This document shows positions 37,551-47,086 of a DNA stretch of 64,000 nucleotides, in pieces (position 1 is the first letter of the stretch; each line of letters begins with the position of its first letter). The position numbers and the translations under genes are program-made. This DNA is from Chloroflexota bacterium (GTDB lineage: Bacteria > Chloroflexota > UBA6077 > FW602-bin22 > JBCLEL01). The notes under the pieces are model-generated. The model was given only the letters and a program-made list of their open reading frames with translations, did no database searches and was not told where the DNA came from. The stretch spans positions 2,066,568-2,130,567 of the forward strand of contig OZ244845.1 of assembly GCA_965220775.1 (NCBI GenBank). Reading direction: 5' to 3'.

Positions 37551-38951
37551 TCACTCCAAGATAGTGGACAGCGCCCTGTAGACGCTTCCCATGGCCCTCA
37601 CGTCGTCATTGGGAAGAATCGTCCGCAAGTCGATCAATACGCGGTCGTGTTCGATCCGTCCGATGACCGGCGGCTCGGCTGCGCGCAGCGCACGAGCGAT
37701 TATATCGCAATCCAAGCCATCCCCACGGCCGGCCCGCCCTATGTGCACGGCCCAAGATTCCAACTCTTGCGCCGGCGTCGACCCTCCGCCAACGGTCGCG
37801 CTGCTGTGAATCAGGCCGACCTCCGCTGGCAAAGGCGCTAGGTTGTCTAGCCAACACTGTCCCCTTGATTCGAGCTCGGTAGTTGAGGCGGAGATCATGC
37901 GCCAGACCGGTATCTTCTCGGTCGCTTCTCCACGTTGGTAATGCCGCAAAGTCGCCTCGAGGGCTGCCAGACTCATTTTGTCGATTCGTAACGCTCGAGC
38001 CAATGGGTGGCTGGCGCAGCGCTGTACTGCATCGGACCTTCCTACAATCAAGCCGGCCTGGGGGCCTCCCAGCAACTTGTCGCCGGAAAAGCAAACCAGG
38101 TCGGCGCCCGCCTCGACGCTGTCTCGCACTATCGGTTCGTCGCGCAGACCAAACTGCTCGGGATCTATGAGGCAACCGCTGCCCAGGTCATCGACAACGC
38201 TGAGTCCGTGCCGGCCGGCCAGTTCCACCAACTCTTCCAAAGGTGGCTCGTGGGTGAAGCCTATGATCCGGAAATTACTCTGATGCACCCGGAGGAAAAC
38301 CGCGGTGTCCGGCCCAACCGCTCGCTCGTAGTCGGCGAGGTAGGTGCGATTGGTAGTGCCAACCTCCACCAGCTGGCCGCCGCTCTGCTCCATCACCTCA
38401 GGTATGCGGAAACCGCCTCCGATCTCTATCGCCTGGCTTCGCGAAACGACGATCTCGCGACAAGTCGCCAGCGATGCCAACGCAAGAAGTACGGCGCCGG
38501 CATTGTTGTTCGCCACCAATGCGTCTTCAGCGCCAGTCAGCTCGGCGAGCCAACTTCGAACGTGGCTGTGGCGCGATCCGCGGTTTCCTTCGTCGAGATC
38601 GAATTCGAGGTTTGAGTAGCTGGTTGCGGCGTTCATCGCTGCTGCCGCCGCGTCGTCGGACAGCGTAGCTCGACCCAGGTTCGTGTGAATGATGACGCCG
38701 GTGCCGTTGATTACCGGCCGCAGGTTGAGTTGCTGTGACCTCTCGACGCTACGCTCCAGTCGAGCTACCAATGCCGCTGGCCCGGCTGCTGACTCGCCGG
38801 CGATCCGGCTGTTGCGCTCGTCGGCCAGTACCGCTCGGACCTGGTCCGCTACGACGGCACGCCCATTCAATTCAATTAGCTTGGCCACTTCCGGCATCGA
38901 TAACATACGATCCACGCTCGGAATGTCGCGGAGATTGGCGTGCACGATCAT
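37551..38951 (-). CDS. selA: L-seryl-tRNA(Sec) selenium transferase
   Basis: LRDIPSVDRML, VINGTGVIIHTNLGRA and FSGDKLLGGPQAGLIVG (PLP lysine context) are SelA signatures. Confidence 0.85.
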   Translation of the reverse strand: MIVHANLRDIPSVDRMLSMPEVAKLIELNGRAVVADQVRAVLADERNSRIAGESAAGPAALVARLERSVERSQQLNLRPVINGTGVIIHTNLGRATLSDDAAAAAMNAATSYSNLEFDLDEGNRGSRHSHVRSWLAELTGAEDALVANNNAGAVLLALASLATCREIVVSRSQAIEIGGGFRIPEVMEQSGGQLVEVGTTNRTYLADYERAVGPDTAVFLRVHQSNFRIIGFTHEPPLEELVELAGRHGLSVVDDLGSGCLIDPEQFGLRDEPIVRDSVEAGADLVCFSGDKLLGGPQAGLIVGRSDAVQRCASHPLARALRIDKMSLAALEATLRHYQRGEATEKIPVWRMISASTTELESRGQCWLDNLAPLPAEVGLIHSSATVGGGSTPAQELESWAVHIGRAGRGDGLDCDIIARALRAAEPPVIGRIEHDRVLIDLRTILPNDDVRAMGSVYRALSTILE

Positions 38952-39877
38952 CGATCCATGTCAGCTGCTAAGTCTAGTGGGTCGTGCGTCGTCCGTAGCG
39001 CCTGCGTCGCTTCCTCGCCCAGATCGCGTAGGAATTCGTCATCAGAACCGGCCAGTTGGCGCAGCGCCAAGCCGGCTTCTTCGGTCGCTATCGAAGCCAG
39101 GGCGAATGCCGCGCTCGTGGCCACCTCCCGATCCTCATCGTTAGCTAGCTCGGTCAATCGCGAGACCGCCTGAGTGAGTTCGATCTCGCCGGCCGCCCGC
39201 GCCGCCTCGAAACAGACCTCCCCGTCCGTGCTAGACAATGCCTGCATTACCTCCGGCAGCCAAAAATCGTCCGCGCTGCGTCCCATAGCGTAAACGGCAC
39301 TGATCTTGACCTCTCGATCGTGGTGGGCGAAGCCCCACTTGATAAGCTCGCGCACTGGCTGCTTGTTGAACACGCCGATGGCCTCCAAGGACCGCCGGCG
39401 AACAAGGAGCGGTTCCCCTTCGTCTGAAACCATGGCCTGTAGCGCCGCCTTCAACTCTTCCCCCAAAGTCGCGCGCAGCTTGCCGACCTCATAGGCCAGA
39501 GTATAGTTCGCCAACGATATTAGGGCTGCCTCTCGCACCTCGAGGTTCCGATCACTTTGCGCCAACCTCAGCACAAGCCTGACCGTGTTGGCGCTGACGC
39601 TCTCCCAGAGAGAGGAGGCGGCTAGCCGGCGCACCTCGCTCGACTCGTCGCCGGATAGCGCGACCATCGCCGGCTCGAGGTCTAGGTCCGCTTGGTCTTC
39701 GGAAAGTTCGTTCAGCCGTCGCGCCAACTCGATTCTTCTTCCCTCGTCAACCTGCCCGATTCTCTCTTCGAACTGCCTTGCCTCCTCCGCGTTCAATGAC
39801 GAGAGTGCTATCAATTCGGATTGCTTGGGCATTGGCCCCTCGCCGGATATAGCGTTCAGAAGGGAGTTTAAGTCCAC
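38948..39877 (-). CDS. HEAT-repeat protein
   Basis: Repeated ..EVRR.AA.SL / LEVREAALISL / REVATSAAFAL units. Its stop overlaps the selA start (ATGA). Confidence 0.65.
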   Translation of the reverse strand: MDLNSLLNAISGEGPMPKQSELIALSSLNAEEARQFEERIGQVDEGRRIELARRLNELSEDQADLDLEPAMVALSGDESSEVRRLAASSLWESVSANTVRLVLRLAQSDRNLEVREAALISLANYTLAYEVGKLRATLGEELKAALQAMVSDEGEPLLVRRRSLEAIGVFNKQPVRELIKWGFAHHDREVKISAVYAMGRSADDFWLPEVMQALSSTDGEVCFEAARAAGEIELTQAVSRLTELANDEDREVATSAAFALASIATEEAGLALRQLAGSDDEFLRDLGEEATQALRTTHDPLDLAADMDR

Positions 39878-40121
39878 GGCGACCCTTTAACCTTTTTCGG
39901 CAACGGTCATTAGGAGTTTGTTTCGACAGGTGCTGTCATGTGCCATATCTGCGAATTATAGATGCATTCTCGGTTGTAGCGCGAAAGGACGATTCGACAA
40001 TCTGCCCGTCCAATCGACGAGTTTGTCTCGCCAAGAGTCCACGGCCAAGTCTTTACTTGCCTATGTTGAGTCGAGCGAAAATCGCCCCGGCCTTGTGCAA
40101 GTCGCGAGCTTCAAAGAGTCA

Positions 40122-40151
40122 TTGACGAGTGTAAGTCTTGTTCATTACAAT
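40122..40151 (+). promoter_or_regulatory. Putative promoter of the cox-like operon
   Basis: TTGACG (40122-40127), 18-nt spacer, TACAAT (40146-40151). Confidence 0.35.
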
Positions 40152-40224
40152 GACTGCCACACCGAGTATCGACAATGGCGGCGTTTCCCTAGCATTTCGC
40201 GGTGTTGCGGAAGGACCTTCAGGC

Positions 40225-40665
40225 ATGCGAGTGGATGGCGAGTATGTGCTTCACGCGGAGCCTGAGCAAGTCTGGCAGTTGCTTCTTGATCCTGATGCAT
40301 TAGCTAGCTGCATTCCAGGAGGGCAGGAGTTGCGCTTAGTCGCTCCGGACGAGTACGAGGCGACCGTGAAGATCGGGGTCCCTGCGGTCCAAGGTGTCTA
40401 CTCTGGAAAGGTTCGAATCATAGACAAGAACCCTCCAAAGAGCTTTCGAATGGAAGTCGAAGGCCGTGGCAGATTAGGTTCCATCAATGCCACCGGCCAT
40501 CTCGAATTGGCCGGCACCGACGATAGGACAGTCATAACCTATTCCGGCGACTATCGAGTAGCAGGACTTATCGCCGCTGTCGGGCAGCGGCTATTCGAGC
40601 CAATGGCGCAAATGTTAACGAGCCAGTTCTTCGGCTGTATGGAATCCAAACTGGCGCAGTCTTGA
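40225..40665 (+). CDS. coxG: CoxG-like SRPBCC protein
   Basis: MRVDGEYVLHAEPEQVWQLLLDPDALASCIPG is the typical CoxG/SRPBCC N-terminus. I prefer the ATG at 40225 (GGAAGGA upstream) over the TTG at 40138. Confidence 0.7.
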   Translation: MRVDGEYVLHAEPEQVWQLLLDPDALASCIPGGQELRLVAPDEYEATVKIGVPAVQGVYSGKVRIIDKNPPKSFRMEVEGRGRLGSINATGHLELAGTDDRTVITYSGDYRVAGLIAAVGQRLFEPMAQMLTSQFFGCMESKLAQS

Positions 40666-40732
40666 AGATTTGGATCTTGGAACTGCTTGCCGGCGAATTG
40701 AACGGTCAACGATTTAGGTAGGAGGATTGTAT

Positions 40733-41203
40733 ATGGCGTCACATAAGATCGAGCTTACCGTCAACGGCGAGAGCCATTCGTGTCAAGTCGATTCGAGGTT
40801 GCTGCTTGTGCACTTCCTGAGAGAGAATCTCAGGCTGACCGGCACGCACATAGGCTGCGATACAAGTCAATGCGGCTCCTGCACCATTCTTGTTGATGGG
40901 GTTGCCATGAAATCCTGCACATTGTTCGCCGTCCAGGCGGATGGGCGGGAAGTGACCACGATCGAAGGACTGGCGCAAAACGGCGAGTTGCATCCATTAC
41001 AGACCGCGTTCTGGGACTCCCACGGACTGCAATGTGGTTTCTGTACTCCTGGGATGATTATGGCGGCAGTTGACCTTCTTGAGCGGCACCCCAATCCAGA
41101 CGAGGCTACGATTAGGCACGGTCTCGAAGGGAACTTGTGCCGCTGCACCGGCTACCAGAACATCGTCAAGGCAGTCCAACAAGCGTCCGCCGCTAGCGAG
41201 TGA
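40733..41203 (+). CDS. coxS: (2Fe-2S)-binding small subunit of a xanthine dehydrogenase/CODH-family molybdoenzyme
   Basis: [15 protein letters not shown] and [10 protein letters not shown]...LCRCTGY. AGGAGG lies upstream of the ATG at 40733. Confidence 0.9.
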   Translation: MASHKIELTVNGESHSCQVDSRLLLVHFLRENLRLTGTHIGCDTSQCGSCTILVDGVAMKSCTLFAVQADGREVTTIEGLAQNGELHPLQTAFWDSHGLQCGFCTPGMIMAAVDLLERHPNPDEATIRHGLEGNLCRCTGYQNIVKAVQQASAASE

Positions 41204-41259
41204 TTGGCTGTGAAAAGCGGGAAAGCAATCGTTGGACCCAATCAGGAGGGTGATTCGAG

Positions 41260-43611
41260 ATGGCAGTAACGCAGATATTTGGCTCGTCCGTCCGCCGGCG
41301 CGAGGATCCGCGGCTCATTACCGGCAGGGCTACCTACACCGATGATGTGAAATTGCCTGGGATGCTCCACGCCGCGATCCTGCGGAGCCCCCACGCCCAC
41401 GCACGTATTAAATCGATCCAAGTCGACGACGCCAGAGCACACGAAGGCGTTCACGCCGTGCTTACCGGTGCCGACCTCCAAGGAAAGGTGGGCGACGTCG
41501 CCTGCGCTTGGCTACTACCTGATTCCGACTTGAAACTACCCGGACATCCGCCGTTGGCGGTGGACAAGGTGCGTTATGTAGGCGACGGCGTCGCAGTTGT
41601 CGTAGCGGACGATATCTACACGGCCAGGGACGCGCTCGAGCTGATCGAGGTCGATTACGAGGTGTTGCCCTCGGTAGCAAACGTAGAGAAAGCCATCGAG
41701 CCTGGCGCTCCTCAGCTACACGACGATGCTGAAGGAAACGTAGCCTTCGACTGGAAGACATCTGGAGGTGACGTCGATGCCGCCTTCAGCGACGCCGAGG
41801 TCACGGTCGAGGAGCGGATCGTACATCAGATATTGATTCCAAACGCGATTGAGACGCGAGGATGCGTCGCCAGCTGGAATGCCGGTTCAGAGGACATGAC
41901 GGTTTGGGTTACGTCTCAGAACCCGCACATATGCAGGGTCCTGATGTCAGGCGATATTGGCATCCCAGAGCACAAACTGCGCGTTATCGCGCCTGAAGTT
42001 GGCGGAGGATTCGGCAGCAAGATCCCCCACTACGCCGACGAGTCGATTGTTGCCTTTTGCTCGATGCAGTTGGGCAGGCCGGTAAAGTGGACCGAGTCTC
42101 GTAGCGAGAACTACCTTGTAACCACTCACGGCCGTGATCACGTCCAGAGGGTTGAGATCGCCGGCAATCGCGATGGCACTATCACGGCGATACGAGCCCA
42201 TATACTCGCCGGCATGGGCGCTTATCTGTCGACCGCGGCGCCAGGCGTTCCGACCATTCTTTGTGGCCTGATGATGTCCGGGTCATACAAGATCGATAAC
42301 ACTGCCTGCCAGACCGTTGGCGTTCTAACTAATACAACCCCAGTCGATGCGTACCGAGGCGCCGGCCGCCCCGAAATGACGTATCTTGTGGAACGGTTGG
42401 TTGATCTATTTGCGGCCGAGATCGATATGGACCCGGTCGAGGTGCGCAGGAAGAACCTAATCTCGGCTGATTCTTTCCCATTCACAGCTTCTACCGGACT
42501 GGAATACGACAGCGGGGACTACGAAACCACGCTGGACATGGCTCTGGATATGGTGGACTACGGCTCGTTCAGGACCGAGCAGGAGGCTGCTCGTGCCGAG
42601 GGTCGCTACCTTGGAGTGGGACTCTGTACTTACGTCGAGATTTGCGGACTAGGACCTTCTGCTGTCGCCGGCGCGGTCGGATTTCAGGGCGGACTTTGGG
42701 AGAGCGCCATTATCCGAGTCCATCCCACTGGAAAGACGACGGTGTTAACCGGGGTGTCGCCTCACGGTCAGGGTGAAGAAACAACGTTCGCCCAGATCGT
42801 CAGCAGTGAGCTCGGAATTCCGATCGAGGATATCGAGGTTGTCCACGGAGATACAGATCGCATTCCGATGGGATGGGGCACTTATGGCAGCCGCGCTACT
42901 GCTGTTGGCGGCAGCGCACTAGCGCTTGCGGCTCGCAAGATTCGCGACAAGGCAAAGAAGATTGCGGCCCACATGCTCGAAGTCGCGGAAGGCGACGTAG
43001 AGTTCGACCAGGGCACATTCTTCGTCCGCGGTGCCCGTGATCGCGCCAAGACCATCCAGGAGGTCACGCTGGCAGCGTATCTCGCCTGGGATATGCCGGA
43101 AGGCGTTGATCCCGGGTTGGAAGAGAGCGCCTTTTACGATCCGCCTAACTTTACCTATCCCTTCGGTACCCACGTTGCCGTCGTTGAAGTCGATTCCGAG
43201 ACTGGCCGCGTGGATCTGAAGCGGTATATCGCCGTTGACGACTGCGGAAGAGTCATTAACCCGATGATTGTCGATGGTCAAGTCCACGGCGGTATCGCGC
43301 AAGGAATCGGACAGGCACTGCTCGAAGAAGCCGTCTATTCCGACGATGGCCAGCTACTTACCGGCTCGATGATGGACTACACCGTGCCGCGCGCCGATGA
43401 TTTCCCAAATTTCGAGCTTGACCGTACTGAAACCCCTTCGCCGCATAATCCAATCGGTGCGAAGGGTGTGGGCGAGACCGGCACCATCGCCGCCGGCGCC
43501 GCTGTCATCAATGCCGTCTGTGACGCGTTGGCGCCGATTGGGGTCAAGAACGTTCAGATGCCGGCCACGCCGGAAAAGGTCTGGCGGCTGATTCAGCAAG
43601 CGAATAAATAA
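41260..43611 (+). CDS. coxL: Molybdopterin-binding large subunit, form-II CoxL-like (AYRGAGR active-site loop)
   Basis: 783 aa in the aldehyde oxidase/xanthine dehydrogenase family. The active-site loop VDAYRGAGRPE is encoded at 42349-42369, not the AYxCSFR of bona fide CO dehydrogenases. Confidence 0.9.
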   Translation: MAVTQIFGSSVRRREDPRLITGRATYTDDVKLPGMLHAAILRSPHAHARIKSIQVDDARAHEGVHAVLTGADLQGKVGDVACAWLLPDSDLKLPGHPPLAVDKVRYVGDGVAVVVADDIYTARDALELIEVDYEVLPSVANVEKAIEPGAPQLHDDAEGNVAFDWKTSGGDVDAAFSDAEVTVEERIVHQILIPNAIETRGCVASWNAGSEDMTVWVTSQNPHICRVLMSGDIGIPEHKLRVIAPEVGGGFGSKIPHYADESIVAFCSMQLGRPVKWTESRSENYLVTTHGRDHVQRVEIAGNRDGTITAIRAHILAGMGAYLSTAAPGVPTILCGLMMSGSYKIDNTACQTVGVLTNTTPVDAYRGAGRPEMTYLVERLVDLFAAEIDMDPVEVRRKNLISADSFPFTASTGLEYDSGDYETTLDMALDMVDYGSFRTEQEAARAEGRYLGVGLCTYVEICGLGPSAVAGAVGFQGGLWESAIIRVHPTGKTTVLTGVSPHGQGEETTFAQIVSSELGIPIEDIEVVHGDTDRIPMGWGTYGSRATAVGGSALALAARKIRDKAKKIAAHMLEVAEGDVEFDQGTFFVRGARDRAKTIQEVTLAAYLAWDMPEGVDPGLEESAFYDPPNFTYPFGTHVAVVEVDSETGRVDLKRYIAVDDCGRVINPMIVDGQVHGGIAQGIGQALLEEAVYSDDGQLLTGSMMDYTVPRADDFPNFELDRTETPSPHNPIGAKGVGETGTIAAGAAVINAVCDALAPIGVKNVQMPATPEKVWRLIQQANK

Positions 43612-43623
43612 GGGGGTAACGTC

Positions 43624-44484
43624 GTGATTCCCGAAAGTTTCGATTACTATGCGCCCACTTCCTTAGAGGAAGCGATCGGACTACTTCAGCAGCATGGCGA
43701 TGACGCCAAGATTCTAGCCGGCGGACATAGCCTGATTCCCCTGATGAAGCTCCGGCTTGCGGCCCCGCAGGTCGTGGTCGACATAACAAGGGTATCCGGC
43801 CTGAACGAGATTGCCGAAGAGGACGGGACTATCGTTATCGGCGCTCTCTGCACCCATGCCCAGATTGCCGATTCCCCGATCGTGCAGAGTGGAGCTCCGG
43901 CGCTTAGCGCCGCGGCCGGGCAGATCGGCGATCAGCAGGTGCGAAACGTCGGCACCATCGGCGGAAACTTGGCCCACGCCGACCCGGCATCGGATCTGCC
44001 GGCGGTTGTGCTCGCGTTCGATGCCGAGTTGGTGGCAACCAGCCCGGCCGGTCAGCGTTCGATTCCGGCGAGTTCGTTCTTCCAGGGACTCATGATGACT
44101 TCACTCGCAGCTGATGAGATCCTCACCAGCGTGAGGATTCCTAGCGCCGGAGCCGGCTCCGGCAGCTCGTACGCCAAGTGCGAGAATCCCGCCTCGCGTT
44201 ACGCGATCGTCGGCGTATCGGCAGTCGTCAATGTGAGTGATGGGGTTTGCTCCTCCGCTAGGATCGGAGTCACCGGCGCCGGATCGGCTGCGGTGCGTGC
44301 TACCGCCGCCGAAGGCGTCTTGGCTGGTAGTAGCCTCGACGATGCGACGATCGCTGCCGCTGCTGAGGCGGTACCCGGCGCCGTCGATATTCTGGGCGAC
44401 ATTCACGCATCAGCCGAGTATAGGGCCGAACTGCTGAAGGTTTACAGCCGGAGAGCAATCGCCGCCGCGGTAGAATCTGCTTAG
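43624..44484 (+). CDS. coxM: FAD-binding medium subunit
   Basis: FDYYAPTSLEEAIGLL....DAKILAGGHSLIPLMKLRLA and GTIGGNLAH. Confidence 0.85.
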   Translation: MIPESFDYYAPTSLEEAIGLLQQHGDDAKILAGGHSLIPLMKLRLAAPQVVVDITRVSGLNEIAEEDGTIVIGALCTHAQIADSPIVQSGAPALSAAAGQIGDQQVRNVGTIGGNLAHADPASDLPAVVLAFDAELVATSPAGQRSIPASSFFQGLMMTSLAADEILTSVRIPSAGAGSGSSYAKCENPASRYAIVGVSAVVNVSDGVCSSARIGVTGAGSAAVRATAAEGVLAGSSLDDATIAAAAEAVPGAVDILGDIHASAEYRAELLKVYSRRAIAAAVESA

Positions 44485-44670
44485 TGAGACAGTGGCCTCG
44501 ATAGTGATTCAGCGTTAAGCCGAAGGCACTGACTTGTGCGATTGCTCGCGAGGCCGCGTCCCGCACCCAGGGCGGAGTTTATGCGTAGCTGGTGTTTGTT
44601 TCCACCCAATCCCCATCCTTGAATCGCGACCAGGTATCCTAATGGCAAGACCCGTGATCGAACGTCTCAG

Positions 44671-45597
44671 ATGATTCAGCCGAGGCCAGCCTTCCAGGAT
44701 CATCCAGCAATAAGATCTCCCTCTTCTCTGGAATCCGCCCTCGAAAAGCTCGGCTATTTCCCGGATCCGGCGTTGCTCATGGCGCTCTATCTGTCTCTAA
44801 GGTTAAGCAAGCCTCTCCTGCTCGAAGGCGAGGCCGGCGTGGGCAAAACCGAAGTGGCCAAGGTCTTGAGCGATATATTGGGTGCCAGGCTCATCCGTCT
44901 GCAGTGCTACGAAGGTATAGACCTTGCGAACGCTGCCTACGAATGGAACTACCTCCGGCAGATATTGTTCCTAAGGGCTGCCGACGCCGGCAATGCCGAC
45001 CCGCGTTCCCATCTGGAGGATTTGTTTCAGCGCGAGTTTCTTACCGAGCGCCCGTTACTTCGAGCCATCAGCGATGGCGGCGGTGCCCCAACCGTTCTGT
45101 TGATTGATGAGATCGATCGAGCCGATGATGAGTTCGAGGCGTTTCTTCTAGAGCTCCTGTCGGACTTCCAGCTGTCGATCCCAGAGCTTGGCACTATAGT
45201 CGCAAACCAGATCCCCATAGTGATAATCACCTCCAACCGCACGCGCGAGATCCACGATGCCCTTAAACGGAGGTGTCTATACGCGTGGATCGAGTACCCT
45301 AGCTTTGAGAAAGAGTTGCGCATTGTAGAGGCCAAAGTGCCCAACGCCGGCGAGAAGCTTGCGTCTCAGGTGTGCCGCTTCTTGCAGACTCTCCGCCGTC
45401 GGGAGCTCTACAAGCTTCCCGGCATCTCCGAAACCCTAGACTGGACTAACGCCTTGGTAACGCTGGGGAAACGCGAGCTGGACGAACAATCGGTGACTGC
45501 GACAATAGGATGTCTTGTCAAGTACCAAGAGGACGTTCTATCCCTCAACCCCGAAACGATTTCCGGCCTTCTGAAGTCCTCACCTCCGGATGGATAG
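44671..45597 (+). CDS. coxD: MoxR-family AAA+ ATPase (CoxD-like)
   Basis: Walker A LLLEGEAGVGKT and Walker B VLLIDEIDRA, with MoxR-like length and context. Confidence 0.8.
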   Translation: MIQPRPAFQDHPAIRSPSSLESALEKLGYFPDPALLMALYLSLRLSKPLLLEGEAGVGKTEVAKVLSDILGARLIRLQCYEGIDLANAAYEWNYLRQILFLRAADAGNADPRSHLEDLFQREFLTERPLLRAISDGGGAPTVLLIDEIDRADDEFEAFLLELLSDFQLSIPELGTIVANQIPIVIITSNRTREIHDALKRRCLYAWIEYPSFEKELRIVEAKVPNAGEKLASQVCRFLQTLRRRELYKLPGISETLDWTNALVTLGKRELDEQSVTATIGCLVKYQEDVLSLNPETISGLLKSSPPDG

Positions 45598-46861
45598 TCT
45601 TTCGACAACCAGCACTAATCTCTCTCACAATTTAGTCATATTCACAAGGGCGCTGAGAGCGAGCGGAATCCCGGTGGACCCCGGTCAGGGAATCGACCTT
45701 CAGCGCGCGGTAGACCTCATCGACTGCTCCAATGCAATTGAGTTCTATCACGCCGCTCGCGCGATATTTGTACGTCGCTTGGAAGACATGGCAATTTTCG
45801 ATCGCGCATTTGCATTCTTCTGGCGAGACTTGGGCAGATCGAAGATTATTCCGAGCCCTAGCGTAGTTGAGCGTGATGAATCCGAAGATCCCCCTATGCT
45901 GCAACAAGACGACCAGTTCCTTAGCGAACTGGCGAGCTCTAGTCAAATAAGTGACCAGACGTCGACGGGACTGGACGCCGGCCCGATTGAACAACATGAG
46001 GGTGAGGATGGTGAAGAGGAATTTGTCCCCGAGAATTCTATTCCGATTCGGACCTACAGCCGAACTGAGGCGCTGCGCCAAAAATCGTTCGAGCAGTTCA
46101 CTCATTCCGAGTTAGAAGCGGCCAGAGAGATTCTCAGACGAATGCGTTGGCAGGTGGGCACGCGGGAGCTGCGCAGGATGCGAATTGGATCGAGTGGTCG
46201 CCACTTGGATCTGCGCTCGATGGTCCAACATAGTCTCCGTTCCGCCGGGGAAATCTTAACGCTGGCTTGGCGTATTCCGAAAACAAAGCCAAGACCGCTC
46301 GTCATACTTGGCGACATAAGCGGCTCCATGGAGCGCTACACCAGGCTCCTGATACAGTTCTTCTATGCCACTCGTCGAGGCCGCAAAGATGTCGAGGTAT
46401 TCACATTTGGTACGCGGTTGACTCGCATCACCCGAGACTTGGAGTACCGAAATATTGATGAGTCCCTGCGTCGGGTCGCGGCCCATGTCGTCGATTGGTC
46501 CGGCGGGACAAGAATAGGATCCGCACTGAAGACTTTCAATCGGACCTGGGCTCGCCGAGTCCTGGGACGAGGCTGCGTCACTATTATCGTCAGCGATGGT
46601 TGGGACCGCGGCGACATCGACCTGTTGCGCGCCGAGATGACCAAGTTACAGCGTCGAAGCTTCCGGCTGATCTGGGCGAACCCACTGCTAGGTTTCGAAG
46701 GCTATGAACCCTTGACCGCTGGCATGGAGGCCGCCCTTCCCTTTATTGACGACTTCGTCCCGGCCCACAACGTTGCCAGCCTGGCCGACCTTGCCAGCCG
46801 GCTCAGTCTGCTCGAAAATCGCCGGCCCGTGCGTCGCTATCAACCTGTAGTCACTCAATAA
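45590..46861 (+). CDS. coxE: VWA-domain protein (CoxE-like)
   Basis: C-terminal VWA domain with MIDAS-like ILGDISGSM...SDGWDRG. There is an 8-nt overlap with the MoxR gene. Confidence 0.75.
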   Translation: MDSLSTTSTNLSHNLVIFTRALRASGIPVDPGQGIDLQRAVDLIDCSNAIEFYHAARAIFVRRLEDMAIFDRAFAFFWRDLGRSKIIPSPSVVERDESEDPPMLQQDDQFLSELASSSQISDQTSTGLDAGPIEQHEGEDGEEEFVPENSIPIRTYSRTEALRQKSFEQFTHSELEAAREILRRMRWQVGTRELRRMRIGSSGRHLDLRSMVQHSLRSAGEILTLAWRIPKTKPRPLVILGDISGSMERYTRLLIQFFYATRRGRKDVEVFTFGTRLTRITRDLEYRNIDESLRRVAAHVVDWSGGTRIGSALKTFNRTWARRVLGRGCVTIIVSDGWDRGDIDLLRAEMTKLQRRSFRLIWANPLLGFEGYEPLTAGMEAALPFIDDFVPAHNVASLADLASRLSLLENRRPVRRYQPVVTQ

Positions 46862-46974
46862 AACTAGGTTTGAATCAAGTACCTTGGTACCAGAATCGGC
46901 TCTCCGATCAACTTTGCGGGTGCCTCTCCACAATCTACCCTTGCCAAACGTGATTTTGGCCGATACCGGAGGGG

Positions 46975-47085
46975 GAAATGTAGCGCTGGGGCTTGTCCCC
47001 AGCCCACGCCAACGACTACCACCCCGCACTGCCGGCCAACTTCATCCACTTTACCCACCCTAGTGCGCCGGCGGCAGCCGACAAC
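46975..47085. repeat. Cluster B of mosaic hairpin repeats
   Basis: M1 atgtagcgctggggcttgtccccagcc (46978-47004) and M3 gtgcgccggcggcagccgac (47063-47081), between convergent gene ends. Confidence 0.55.
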
Positions 47086-47086
47086 A

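Noticed and set aside
37534-40137. tRNA-Sec (selC), or a selenoprotein gene with an in-frame TGA, near selA.
   Set aside because: No approximately 90-nt cloverleaf with a UCA anticodon could be folded in the flanking spacers; the CTTCAAA at about 40107 has no complementary stems. No pair of adjacent same-frame ORFs is separated by a single TGA.
41260-43611. Calling the cox-like cluster an aerobic carbon monoxide dehydrogenase.
   Set aside because: The active-site loop is AYRGAGR (form II), not AYxCSFR, and the gene order is S-L-M. I therefore annotated it only as a CoxL-like molybdoenzyme of unknown substrate.
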